Assembly (NCBI GenBank): GCA_036788695.1
Contig: DAIQMY010000001.1
Span: 313,773-377,772, forward strand
DNA from: Candidatus Levyibacteriota bacterium
Lineage (GTDB): Bacteria; Patescibacteriota; Microgenomatia; Levybacterales; GWA1-39-11
Direction of reading: 5' to 3'
DNA: 64,000 nucleotides
The position numbers and the translations under genes are program-made. The notes below the pieces were generated by a model. That model worked only from the letters and a program-made list of their open reading frames with translations. It had not been told where the DNA came from and did no database searches. Each line of letters begins with the position of its first letter. The stretch's first letter is position 1. Positions 48,552-58,062 of the stretch are shown here, one piece after another.

Positions 48552-50595
48552 TTGTTTGCTCTGTTATGCCCACCTCTTTTAGTAATTGTTTTTTTGTCCA
48601 GACAGCAAAATCGCATTTAGGATAGTTGCTGCAACCAAAAAATGTTCTTCCCTTTTTTGTTTTTTTTACTATAACATCTCCCTTGTCTTTAGGACACTTA
48701 TACTGTGTTGCATCTATTATAGGGGCGGTGTATTTACACGTTGGAAAGTTACCGCAAGCATAAAACTTCCCAAAACGTCCGCGCCTTATTAAAACAATTC
48801 CACTATCTAATGGACAGATTTTATCAGTTTTTTCGTCCAGGTCTATTTTAGTAACCTCCGCATTTTCAGCTTCGGCTAGTTGTTTTTCAAGGGGAGCGTA
48901 GAATTCAGCAATCATTGGTTTCCATAGAATTTCACCATTTGCGATTGCGTCCAACTTATTCTCCATAGCCGCGGTAAAGGGAATATCATCTATGTCAGAA
49001 AAGTTTTTAACTAAAAAATCGCTCACTGTGTTTCCTACCAGTGTGGGAATGAATCTATTCTCCTCACGCTCTATGTAGAATCTATCTAAAATGGTAGAGA
49101 CTATAGAGGCATACGTAGAAGGACGGCCAATCCCATTCTTTTCAAGAGTTGATATCAGGCTTGCATCATTATACCGAGGAGGAGGAGTTGTTGTGTGTTG
49201 GGTTTTTTGCGCGTTTACGAACGGAAGTATTTCTCCACTATCAAATTCGGGTAGAAACTCTTCTCCGTCTTCTCTGTACCACAACTTTAAATAACCATCA
49301 AACAGTAATACAGATCCAGATTTTTCAAAAACGTGTCCAAGAAGTGTTTTAACTGTGATTTTTGTTGATTCAAATAGTGCATCAGCCATTTGTGTTGCGA
49401 TTGCTCGTTTGTAAATGAGTTCATAAAGTCTTACCCCATCTCGCCCCAATTCGCCTGCTATTTTTCGCTTCACCTCTTCAAAATTTTCTATTTCTGTAGG
49501 GCGAATTGCCTCGTGTGCTTCTTGGGCAACTTTAGACTTAGTTTTAAATATTCTGTTTCCGTCATGCAGATATTTTTCGCCAAATTCTTTCTGAATAAAG
49601 TCTCTTGCTTTTGTTATAAATTGATGGGAGAGATTAAAAGAGTCTGTCCTGTGATATGTGATATGTCCTTCCTCATACAATTTTTGAGCAACTTGCATAG
49701 TTTTTCTACTATTAAAGGATAGTTTTCGTGCCGCTTCAATTTGCATAGAAGATGTAATAAATGGTGGTAGAGGAGAGCGTTTATTTTGTTTCTTTGCTAC
49801 GTCTGAAACAGTATATGATTGAGCGGATAATTCCGCGATAATTTTGTCCGCGAGTGATTCGTTTAGAGTAGTCTTTGTGTACGTATACTGACCGTCATAG
49901 AGGTCAAGTTTTTCAGTCTGTTCAATTTTTTCCCCATTTATAGAAGTTAGCTCAAACTGTACTTCACTTAGCCCAGAGTTTCCACTTTCAGTTTTTCTAA
50001 GTATTACAAAAATTTTATAGTATTCTTCTGAATTAAATTTTGCAATCTCTCGTTCACGTTCTACTATTAATCGAAGTGCAATAGATTGAACGCGACCGGC
50101 AGATAAGTTTCTCTTAATTTTTTTCCATAATATCGGGGATACCTTGTAGCCCACAATTCTATCAAGCACCCGTCGCGCAATTTGTGCATCTACGAGTTTT
50201 TCATCAATCTCCCGAGGATTATTGAGCGCTTCTTCAATTGCGTCCCGCGTTATTTCATGGAAAACGATCCTTTTGAAGACTGCACCCTTTTTAGCTTCTG
50301 GTCTTAGCATTTCTAAGAGATGGTAGGAAATTGCTTCACCCTCGCGGTCAGGGTCTGTTGCAAGAAGTACAGTATCTGCTTTTTTTACTTTTTTCTTGAG
50401 TAAGGTTAGGGTTTTTTGTTTTGCTTTAGGGGTTACATACCTGGGTTCAAAATCGTGCTCTATATCAACCCCAATATCTCCTCTGGGCAAGTCTCTTATG
50501 TGGCCAATGGACGCTTCCACATCATATTTATCTCCGAAAAATCGGGTTAAGGTGCGTGCCTTTGTAGGTGATTCAACAAGAATTAATGTACTCAT
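48544..50595 (-). CDS. topA: DNA topoisomerase I
   Basis: Toprim N-terminus LILVESPTKARTL. Catalytic Tyr region. Two C-terminal C4 zinc ribbons (CPLD...C...C, CPKDKG...CSNYPKC). Confidence 0.92.
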   Translation of the reverse strand: MSTLILVESPTKARTLTRFFGDKYDVEASIGHIRDLPRGDIGVDIEHDFEPRYVTPKAKQKTLTLLKKKVKKADTVLLATDPDREGEAISYHLLEMLRPEAKKGAVFKRIVFHEITRDAIEEALNNPREIDEKLVDAQIARRVLDRIVGYKVSPILWKKIKRNLSAGRVQSIALRLIVEREREIAKFNSEEYYKIFVILRKTESGNSGLSEVQFELTSINGEKIEQTEKLDLYDGQYTYTKTTLNESLADKIIAELSAQSYTVSDVAKKQNKRSPLPPFITSSMQIEAARKLSFNSRKTMQVAQKLYEEGHITYHRTDSFNLSHQFITKARDFIQKEFGEKYLHDGNRIFKTKSKVAQEAHEAIRPTEIENFEEVKRKIAGELGRDGVRLYELIYKRAIATQMADALFESTKITVKTLLGHVFEKSGSVLLFDGYLKLWYREDGEEFLPEFDSGEILPFVNAQKTQHTTTPPPRYNDASLISTLEKNGIGRPSTYASIVSTILDRFYIEREENRFIPTLVGNTVSDFLVKNFSDIDDIPFTAAMENKLDAIANGEILWKPMIAEFYAPLEKQLAEAENAEVTKIDLDEKTDKICPLDSGIVLIRRGRFGKFYACGNFPTCKYTAPIIDATQYKCPKDKGDVIVKKTKKGRTFFGCSNYPKCDFAVWTKKQLLKEVGITEQTNE

Positions 50596-50688
50596 AATTG
50601 GTTATTACGTGATAGGAATTAGTATAACAACTGAGAAAGAGGGATTGTAAAGGATTAATTTACTATTTGCAAGAGAACGTGCAAGGAG

Positions 50689-51387
50689 TTAATTTTCTTG
50701 AACGTCAATATTTACCTCATGCTTAGCTATTTCCGTGGCATTCTCTTTTACTTTTTTTTGTGCTTCCTCTACTGATCTATTAAATTCATCCATTGTGATG
50801 GGGCTAATTGAATATTCATGTTTTGGGTCAGAAGAAATGCTATATTTAATCTCAGGTTTTTCAGGACGCTTAATATTCATTTCCAGTAATGGATTTCCGT
50901 CAACCATAGTATAAGAGCCACTCATATCTACCTGAATTCCAGAATGTTCAAAAAATAGAGCAAGATTTAAAAACTTTTCCATCCTACCAGGACCGTACCT
51001 ATCAATAGAAGCTAAATTAGAAGGTGTATCTACGGGATAATAATCAATTCCTTCTTTCAAGTTATTGTTATTTGCGGAAATTCTATAAGGTCCGTCTATA
51101 GTCATGATATCAATGTTTCCTGAGATATCAGTGGACTTTATAAAAAGAGTTCTTGTGTCTTCTGATTGTGTCTTTCTTCCAAGTACTACTAATGCTTCTG
51201 TAGGAAGAGTATTTTCAAGTGAGTCCATGACACGCGTATGTTCTGATCTAGTGCGTGGCTTTTCTTCCGGTGTCCTTCCTGGTTTTGGTTCCATTAAGGG
51301 GATTATAATTTTAAGAGAAAAAGAAGTCAATATATTAGGCAAAGTAGAGGTCAGGTGCCGCATGGACGTTTTTCCACGATTCTTCAC
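50689..51387 (-). CDS. Hypothetical protein (start uncertain; overlaps tsaD 3' end if the longest ORF is used)
   Basis: 232-aa ORF. An internal Met (MEPKPGRT...) gives a non-overlapping start. No motif. Confidence 0.3.
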   Translation of the reverse strand: MKNRGKTSMRHLTSTLPNILTSFSLKIIIPLMEPKPGRTPEEKPRTRSEHTRVMDSLENTLPTEALVVLGRKTQSEDTRTLFIKSTDISGNIDIMTIDGPYRISANNNNLKEGIDYYPVDTPSNLASIDRYGPGRMEKFLNLALFFEHSGIQVDMSGSYTMVDGNPLLEMNIKRPEKPEIKYSISSDPKHEYSISPITMDEFNRSVEEAQKKVKENATEIAKHEVNIDVQEN

Positions 51388-52429
51388 TGGGGTTAAGTAA
51401 TGCGTATGTTCCTATCATGGCTGCGTTATCTGTACAGTATTTTTTTTCTGGAGCAAAAACTTTTGTGTGGGGCATGCGATTTTCAATTTGTAATTTAAGA
51501 TTTCTGACGAGTTCCGAGTTAGCTGATACTCCACCGCCAAGCAGTATAGTGGAGGCACTGAACTGCTCAGCTGCGTCTAGTGTCTTTTTGCACAACACAT
51601 CAACAACTGCTTTTTGAACTGCAAAGCATATTTCATTTTTCATTGTTTCAGTTAGTGTATGTTGTTGTGTGAAGCGCATTACTTCTGATTTTAAGCCTGA
51701 AAAAGAAAAATCATAGGTCTTAACTCCTAATAGTGGTGCGTGGAATCGTATTTTTGTAGCAATTCCCTTTATAGCTCGCTGTTCTATCTCTGGTCCTGCA
51801 GGATATGAAAGACCCAAGAGTCTTCCTATTTTGTCGAGCGCTTCCCCAGCAGCATCATCTCTTGTCCCTCCAAGCCACGTAAATTCCTGTACGTTTTTAA
51901 AATAGAGAAGATCTGTGTGCCCACCTGAAACAATTAAACCTATAAAGGGATGATGTATGATTTTCAGTTTTTGATTATCACCTAAAAACGGCTCTGATTC
52001 TATGCAATTTGCAAAGATATGTGCGAGCAAATGGTTGACGGGAATAAGAGGTTTTTCAAAAATGTAGCAAAGTGTTTTTGCGGTCTCAACTCCTACAAGC
52101 AAAGATCCAATAAGTCCTGGACCGTGCGTTATTGCTATGGCATCAATAGTGTTTTTAAGTATATCGCTTGCGTTCTTAAAATCGTTTATCTGTTTTTGAT
52201 CTGATTTGTTTGTGTGATTTTTAAATTGAATAAGAGCTTGGGTAATGACAGGAATAATATATTGTACTTGTTCACGGGCTGCATTTTCCGGGATTATTCC
52301 GCCAGTTTTTGCGTGCGTACTAAGCGAGCTTGCAGTGATATTTGAGTGAACAATTATATTTCCGTCTATCTTCTCAACTACAGCAGCAGACGTTTCATCG
52401 CATGAAGATTCAATTGCTAATATTTTCAT
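51335..52429 (-). CDS. tsaD: tRNA N6-adenosine threonylcarbamoyltransferase TsaD/Kae1
   Basis: MKILAIESSCDETSAAVV. HxxH metal site ...HLLAHI. GGVSAN. Confidence 0.9.
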   Translation of the reverse strand: MKILAIESSCDETSAAVVEKIDGNIIVHSNITASSLSTHAKTGGIIPENAAREQVQYIIPVITQALIQFKNHTNKSDQKQINDFKNASDILKNTIDAIAITHGPGLIGSLLVGVETAKTLCYIFEKPLIPVNHLLAHIFANCIESEPFLGDNQKLKIIHHPFIGLIVSGGHTDLLYFKNVQEFTWLGGTRDDAAGEALDKIGRLLGLSYPAGPEIEQRAIKGIATKIRFHAPLLGVKTYDFSFSGLKSEVMRFTQQHTLTETMKNEICFAVQKAVVDVLCKKTLDAAEQFSASTILLGGGVSANSELVRNLKLQIENRMPHTKVFAPEKKYCTDNAAMIGTYALLNPSEESWKNVHAAPDLYFA

Positions 52430-52527
52430 GAATTTCTAGTTTATCTAATTTGTTTTTAACCTAAACAATTACCAAAATGCAATCAGGGAGTTGGAATTTT
52501 AGAGAAATTGTGTAAATGTGCTAGAGC

Positions 52528-53013
52528 TTATTGTATTCCCTTAAAAGTTACGATGTCTCCTTTTTTTATGTTATTTTTCTTAACTTCCCCCGCGTTTACT
52601 TCTAGAACATAATTTGAATCTTCTGAAGGTTTATAGATAGGAAGTGCTGCAGTATTTTGTTCTTTGCTTGGAGCTTTTGCATTTTCGACTATATCTACAA
52701 TCTTGGTATCGTTTATAAATAATATATCAATCGGGAATTTCATATTTTTCATCCAAAATGCAGGTTTTGATTTTTCTTGAAATATAAATAACATGCCTGA
52801 GTCATTTGGGAGACTATTTCTGTCAGATAATCCTTTTTGTTTGTCTTTTTCTGTTTTGACCACAATAAGTTTGTATGTCTTATTTTGAATCGTAGCTGTT
52901 GTACTGCTACTTCCGCCTCCACCCCCAAAATTGAGAAAATTTGTTCCGCGAGTAAGCATAAATATGATAACAACAATTACTAGTAAACCGTAAAACAGTA
53001 AGACTTTTTTCAT
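52528..53013 (-). CDS. DUF192-family protein (membrane-anchored)
   Basis: N-terminal TM, Gly/Ser linker, then GMLFIF...FWMKNMKFPIDILFI...YVLE motifs of DUF192. Confidence 0.55.
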   Translation of the reverse strand: MKKVLLFYGLLVIVVIIFMLTRGTNFLNFGGGGGSSSTTATIQNKTYKLIVVKTEKDKQKGLSDRNSLPNDSGMLFIFQEKSKPAFWMKNMKFPIDILFINDTKIVDIVENAKAPSKEQNTAALPIYKPSEDSNYVLEVNAGEVKKNNIKKGDIVTFKGIQ

Positions 53014-53513
53014 TTTAGCTCCTTCTTTTTTCTGATCAGGTCTGTTGTAGAGTATTGGGGAAGGCGGTCAATTACTTCAACTATTTTTCCTCCTACCATT
53101 TTTGCCTGTTCCACTTTTTTATTATAGGCAGGATCTCCTGACGTGACAGCAATTATATCAGGTTCTATTTTTTTTACAAGATCGTAATACTCTAGGTCTT
53201 TCTTTAATTCTGGAAGCAGGAGAATGTAATCTACACATTCAATCTCACTAAGAATTCGTGCTCGCTTCTTCTGTGTATTAATTGGTCTTTCACTACCCTT
53301 CCATTTTTTAATAGATTTATCGCTTTCAAGGAGTATCAGGATTACATCTCCTTGTTCTTTGGCCTTTTTGAGAAACAGAATATGTCCTTCATGAAGAATA
53401 TCAAAGCACCCGCCCACAAGTACTAATTTGCCTCGGGATTTGACTTGACTCAATTTGTTTGGCAGAGTATCTTGTGTAATTATTTTATCCATGTGCTCTT
53501 GCGTAGTTCTCAT
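53010..53513 (-). CDS. Cytidylyltransferase-like nucleotidyltransferase (RfaE domain II/TagD-like, HxGH)
   Basis: LVGGCFDILHEGHILFL (HxGH). ~165 aa. Confidence 0.65.
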   Translation of the reverse strand: MRTTQEHMDKIITQDTLPNKLSQVKSRGKLVLVGGCFDILHEGHILFLKKAKEQGDVILILLESDKSIKKWKGSERPINTQKKRARILSEIECVDYILLLPELKKDLEYYDLVKKIEPDIIAVTSGDPAYNKKVEQAKMVGGKIVEVIDRLPQYSTTDLIRKKKELK

Positions 53514-53534
53514 CAGGCAGACGAAAATTGCAGA

Positions 53535-54968
53535 TTATCCCTCTTTTGTGCCACGTAGGAATATTGCTTGCCACGGACGATACACTGATTTATAGCTGTC
53601 TGCAATAACAACTTTGCCGTTTTTTGTCACTTTTCTTGAGAAAACAACAGTTGCCCCATCTGCTGCAAAATCTACTTGTTTTACTTGTCCTCGCGGAAGA
53701 GTAGGATCATCTTGATAAGATGCTTCAGGGGCTGGTGTTTGACTTGTTATAACAGGCGTACTCATAGATACTTCCCTTCCGTCACTTTTCCCGTAAAGGT
53801 TAAACGTAAGTCTTAGGTTGGCAAGGTCCGTATGAGCAACTATAAGTATATAATTTCCCGTGTCGTTTTTAAATTTTAAGTCTACGGTTGGATAATATAC
53901 CGTAGCGTCTAATCCTGGAGGGGAATCTTGCTCGTAATATCCAACTCTATACGCGTGAGCAACACGATTGGTAATTGGCAGACCAGCATTTAACAACGCT
54001 CTAAAAAGTGTAGTTGATACTTGGCATACTCCTCCTCCGTCACCTAACACAGTTTTGCCATTTTGAATAATGTAGGCTTGTTGATAGCCGGTAAATTGAG
54101 TAACGTCACCAAGGTTTTTTACAAATGAAAACTCCTCTCCAGGGGGAACGAGTACACCGTTGATTTTTCCTGCAGCAAGAGCTACATTATGAATTCTACC
54201 TGGAATTGAGTGTGCAAAAAGAGAGGTTCCTTCACCAATTTCTTCAACTATGCCTAGATTATTTGCTTTTTCTGTTGGGATATTTGGTTTTAAAATTTTA
54301 AGCGGAATAGGAAGCGTGACAGCTTTTATTTTTCCGCTTATTATTTCCGGAATTTTTTGGTTAATATTTTTTTCAATGGTATCAAAATCTATAGTGCGTC
54401 CATCAACGGACTCCCTAAACGCAATAACCTTTTTGTCTTTGATTTCAAAAAGCGCATCTTGAGCGGATATGTGAATTTCTTTTTCGATTGGTGCAAGTAG
54501 TTTTGTTGTCTTATCTAAACTACTTGTGTATGACGGATTTAAATAAGTTCCATTAAGATATGAATTAAAAATGTAATAGATATTGCTTACTATATCTTTA
54601 TTTTTCCCTATGCTCTCAGCTTGGGATACCATAAGTTTTACGTCATACCCTATTCCTAGTTCTTGCGCAGAAATTGTGGCGATTCTATTGTCCTCACTTT
54701 TAAAAGTAATGGTGCTTTTGCCAATGTTTTTATTTTTTTCTTCAAAAATTCTTGTTACCTCATCTGCAGTTTTTTCACCAACATAAGTGTTTCCAAGAAA
54801 AATGCCCGGAATAACTTTATTCTTATACGTCACCTTAAAGTAGATAAGAAAAAATGTAGCGAGGCAAAAACTAGCAAAAAACATTCCAATAATAAACCAA
54901 AAAATTGGTGTTATGTATTTGCTTTTTTTGTTTTTTTGTTCTTTTTTTGAAGAATTTTTTTCTTTCAT
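53535..54968 (-). CDS. VanW-family protein with N-terminal TM anchor and C-terminal G5-like domain
   Basis: GGGVCQVSTTLFRALLNAGL..R..H core of VanW (PF04294-like). Confidence 0.65.
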   Translation of the reverse strand: MKEKNSSKKEQKNKKSKYITPIFWFIIGMFFASFCLATFFLIYFKVTYKNKVIPGIFLGNTYVGEKTADEVTRIFEEKNKNIGKSTITFKSEDNRIATISAQELGIGYDVKLMVSQAESIGKNKDIVSNIYYIFNSYLNGTYLNPSYTSSLDKTTKLLAPIEKEIHISAQDALFEIKDKKVIAFRESVDGRTIDFDTIEKNINQKIPEIISGKIKAVTLPIPLKILKPNIPTEKANNLGIVEEIGEGTSLFAHSIPGRIHNVALAAGKINGVLVPPGEEFSFVKNLGDVTQFTGYQQAYIIQNGKTVLGDGGGVCQVSTTLFRALLNAGLPITNRVAHAYRVGYYEQDSPPGLDATVYYPTVDLKFKNDTGNYILIVAHTDLANLRLTFNLYGKSDGREVSMSTPVITSQTPAPEASYQDDPTLPRGQVKQVDFAADGATVVFSRKVTKNGKVVIADSYKSVYRPWQAIFLRGTKEG

Positions 54969-55039
54969 ATGTTTGCAAAATCAATCGTCACTATTATACT
55001 ATAAATAGACATGGTTTTTCGTATGCCATTGCTTGCAAT

Positions 55040-56461
55040 ATGGATCCTAACAATTCAAACCCACAAACACCACAGCCTATACCTGTACAGCCTGTTTCAA
55101 CGCCTCAGCCACATATAGAACATGAAGAGGGTGGAGGAAAGCGTAAAATAGTAAGTATAGTTATTGGACTTGTCGTATTAATAGTAATATTTTTATTCGT
55201 TTTTCTGGTGATTATTCCAAAATTTTTTTCCAAGAATAATAATCCTGTAACTCTTACGTATTGGGGTTTATGGGAAGAGCCTTCAGTCATGAATCAAATA
55301 ATCGCAGATTTTAATAGAGAATACCCAAATATAAAAGTAACATATGAGCGACAGGATATTAAGGTGCTAGGAAAATATATTGACAGATTGCAAACTCGCA
55401 TTGAAAATGGGAATGGTCCGGACATATATAGATTTCATAATAGCTGGCCTTTGGAGTTAAAGGGTTATCTCCTTGCGCTCCCAAAAGATGTTGTTGATTC
55501 TTTGGAGTTGGATACGCAATATTATGATGTTATAAAAAAAGATATAAAGATAAACGGCGCATATTATGGAGTTCCGCTAGGGATAGACACTTTAGCACTT
55601 TTTTACAACGTAGATTTATTTAAAGCGGCTGATATTGCTCAACCACCTTCAAGCTGGAACGATCTAACAGATATAGCTGCAACACTTACCGTACCCGATG
55701 AGGAGGGAAAGATTAGAACAGCAGGTATTGCATTGGGAACATATGATAATATCTATCACGCATCAGACATAATATCTTTATTATTCGTTCAAAATGGTGC
55801 GGACTTATATAATTTGGCGGGTCCCACAAAACAAAATGCTATTGATGCATTGGGGACATACTACACATATTTTGCAAAAGGGGATGAAGCAGGCAGGGGG
55901 AAGACATGGGATTCAGGCATGGAAAACTCAAAGCTCGCGTTTGCAAACGGCAAATTGGCTATGTACTTTGGATACTCATGGGATATATTTGAGATAAAAG
56001 GAAAAAATCCAGATCTAAACTTCAAAGTGACACGAGTGCCCAATTTGCCTCCAGACAGAAATCAAACAATAGCGTCTTATTGGGTCGAGGGCATTTCTTC
56101 AAAGACAAAGCACCCAAAAGAAGCCTTTATTTTCTTAAAATACTTGGGGAAGAAGACAACGCTTGAGAAATTATATACTCTTGAATCAAAAACACGTCTT
56201 TTTGGAGAACTTTACCCAAGACGCGATATGAAATCGCTTCTTGCAAATAATCCGCTTCTGATCCCATTCCTGGAGCAAGCGGATAGGGCAGTTGCGACAC
56301 CATTCTCATCTGATACATACGATGACGCAATGAACTCAGCACTAAATACATACTTGGGGAATGCTGTAAATTCAATACTTAATGGGGCATCTCCCGAAAC
56401 CGCGATTGACACTTTGGGTGCTGGAGAAACTCAGGTACTGCAAAGATATAATTTTCAATGA
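55040..56461 (+). CDS. Extracellular solute-binding protein (ABC-type, family 1), TM-anchored, orphan
   Basis: Start ATG 55040 (MDPNNSNPQ...). N-terminal TM helix. SBP_bac_1-like body. No permease/ATPase genes nearby. Confidence 0.65.
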   Translation: MDPNNSNPQTPQPIPVQPVSTPQPHIEHEEGGGKRKIVSIVIGLVVLIVIFLFVFLVIIPKFFSKNNNPVTLTYWGLWEEPSVMNQIIADFNREYPNIKVTYERQDIKVLGKYIDRLQTRIENGNGPDIYRFHNSWPLELKGYLLALPKDVVDSLELDTQYYDVIKKDIKINGAYYGVPLGIDTLALFYNVDLFKAADIAQPPSSWNDLTDIAATLTVPDEEGKIRTAGIALGTYDNIYHASDIISLLFVQNGADLYNLAGPTKQNAIDALGTYYTYFAKGDEAGRGKTWDSGMENSKLAFANGKLAMYFGYSWDIFEIKGKNPDLNFKVTRVPNLPPDRNQTIASYWVEGISSKTKHPKEAFIFLKYLGKKTTLEKLYTLESKTRLFGELYPRRDMKSLLANNPLLIPFLEQADRAVATPFSSDTYDDAMNSALNTYLGNAVNSILNGASPETAIDTLGAGETQVLQRYNFQ

Positions 56462-57375
56462 AAAAAGAAACATTTAAATATTCTGTATTAAAAACACTTT
56501 GTTATTCGCAGGTATTCTCTTATCCATTAACAATTCATGAGTTATGGAAGTATCTGATAAGTGATAAAAAAATTTCATATCAGGAATTTTTATTGCGCTT
56601 TTATAAAACGCGTCAAGATTTTGAACAGATTGGAGAGTATGTGGTTCTTTTTGGCGATAAACATTTAGTTACGCAGAGACATTCCCGCGCTTATGAATCT
56701 AAGCGCAAAATGGCAAAAGCACACTGGATTAGTCAGTTTTTGTCAGTTATTCCCACGATTAAATTAATCGCGGTTTCTGGCAGTCTTTCTATGTTTAATG
56801 CAAAAAAAACGGATGATATAGATTTATTCTTCATAACATCAAAAAATTCCTTGTGGATTAGCCGTTTTTTAGTTAATTTAATACTTTTTTTCCTTGGAGA
56901 AAAGAGGGGGAGAAAAGAGAAGTATGCTAAGGATAAAGTATGTCCTAACATGTTTATTTCAGAGGACCGTTTAACTATCAGTAAGAAAACTATGTATACG
57001 GCTCATGAAGTGGCACAAATGAAAGTAATTTTTTCAAGAGAGGATGTTGTCTTAGACTTCTTTACCGCAAACAAATGGGTATTAAAATTCCTTCCCAATG
57101 TATTTGTTCTAGGCAAAAAGCATAAGAAAGAAAAAAGTATCCACTCTGGTTTTTTACTTCAAGCGATTGAAAAATTTTTCTACTTTGTTCAACTTCAATA
57201 TATGAAAAAAAGAATTACTCACGAGACTATTAAAAAAGACGTTGCGGCATTTCATCCTATTCAAAATGATAAGATTATCCAAATGCTTTATACATTAAAG
57301 GTAAATACACAAATAAGTATAATACAAGACAAAAATAGGCACAAAAGTAACCACTCAACCACCGTTGTAAACTAA
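56458..57375 (+). CDS. Nucleotidyltransferase-fold protein (Pol-beta/LicD-like GS...DDID motif), function unknown
   Basis: VSGSLSMFNAKKTDDIDLFFI. 4-nt overlap with the upstream SBP gene. Confidence 0.4.
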   Translation: MKKETFKYSVLKTLCYSQVFSYPLTIHELWKYLISDKKISYQEFLLRFYKTRQDFEQIGEYVVLFGDKHLVTQRHSRAYESKRKMAKAHWISQFLSVIPTIKLIAVSGSLSMFNAKKTDDIDLFFITSKNSLWISRFLVNLILFFLGEKRGRKEKYAKDKVCPNMFISEDRLTISKKTMYTAHEVAQMKVIFSREDVVLDFFTANKWVLKFLPNVFVLGKKHKKEKSIHSGFLLQAIEKFFYFVQLQYMKKRITHETIKKDVAAFHPIQNDKIIQMLYTLKVNTQISIIQDKNRHKSNHSTTVVN

Positions 57376-57390
57376 CTATACTCCAGGATA

Positions 57391-57419
57391 TTGACATGCT
57401 ACGAGGCTTCTAGTATAGT
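57391..57419 (+). promoter_or_regulatory. Sigma-70-like promoter for greA
   Basis: TTGACA (57391-96), 17-nt spacer, TATAGT (57414-19). Confidence 0.6.
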
Positions 57420-57442
57420 GTCATTTGAACTTATTAATTAAT

Positions 57443-57478
57443 CCCTCCCTCGGTATACCCGGAAGGGGTTTTTTTTAA
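57443..57478 (+). promoter_or_regulatory. Leader hairpin + U8 between promoter and greA start (intrinsic terminator/attenuator-like)
   Basis: GC-rich imperfect stem CCCTCCCTCGG...CCGGAAGGGG followed by T8 (57469-76), 15 nt before the greA ATG. Confidence 0.4.
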
Positions 57479-57491
57479 GCAGAAAGCAATA

Positions 57492-57971
57492 ATGGATAAT
57501 AATAATCAAAAGAAAAAAATATTTGTCACGAAAGAAGGATTAGACGAGCTTAAGAGGGAGCTTGAGGAATTGAATAAGGTAAAACGTCCGGAAGTTTTAG
57601 AGCGTGTTTCTGCAGCTAGGGCAATGGGAGATCTTGCTGAAAACTCTGAATATACTGCAGCTCGTGAGGACTTATCTCTTATTGATGGAAGAATAGAGGA
57701 ATTGACAGAGATTCTCAAGAGTGCTGAATTAATAAAAGAAACAGGGAAAGATACAAAAGCTATTCAGCTTGGTTCTACCGTCATTGTTTCAATTGGTGGA
57801 AAAAAAGAAGAATTTGCTCTAGTTGGTGAATGGGAAGCAGATCCTCACAATAAAAAGATTTCACATGAATCTCCACTCGGAAAAGCACTTATGGGTAAGG
57901 CTGTAGGAGAAAAAATAGAGGTAGAAGCACCAGCAGGTACAATCTCTTATACCGTAGTTTCTATTCACTAA
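57492..57971 (+). CDS. greA: Transcription elongation factor GreA
   Basis: Coiled-coil N-terminus with acidic tip (EDLSLIDG). C-terminal FKBP-like domain. Confidence 0.9.
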   Translation: MDNNNQKKKIFVTKEGLDELKRELEELNKVKRPEVLERVSAARAMGDLAENSEYTAAREDLSLIDGRIEELTEILKSAELIKETGKDTKAIQLGSTVIVSIGGKKEEFALVGEWEADPHNKKISHESPLGKALMGKAVGEKIEVEAPAGTISYTVVSIH

Positions 57972-58062
57972 TTGTTGTATTTTTAAAATACATACATCTT
58001 CATTTTTCAAACGTTTATTTCATTTTTCCCAAAATTAATTTTTTAGTGTATAATAGGAGGCT

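Noticed and set aside
54905-55039. N-terminal extension of the solute-binding protein overlapping vanW
   Set aside because: It overlaps the convergent vanW start by 60+ nt. An in-frame ATG at 55040 gives a plausible MDPNN... start with a TM anchor.
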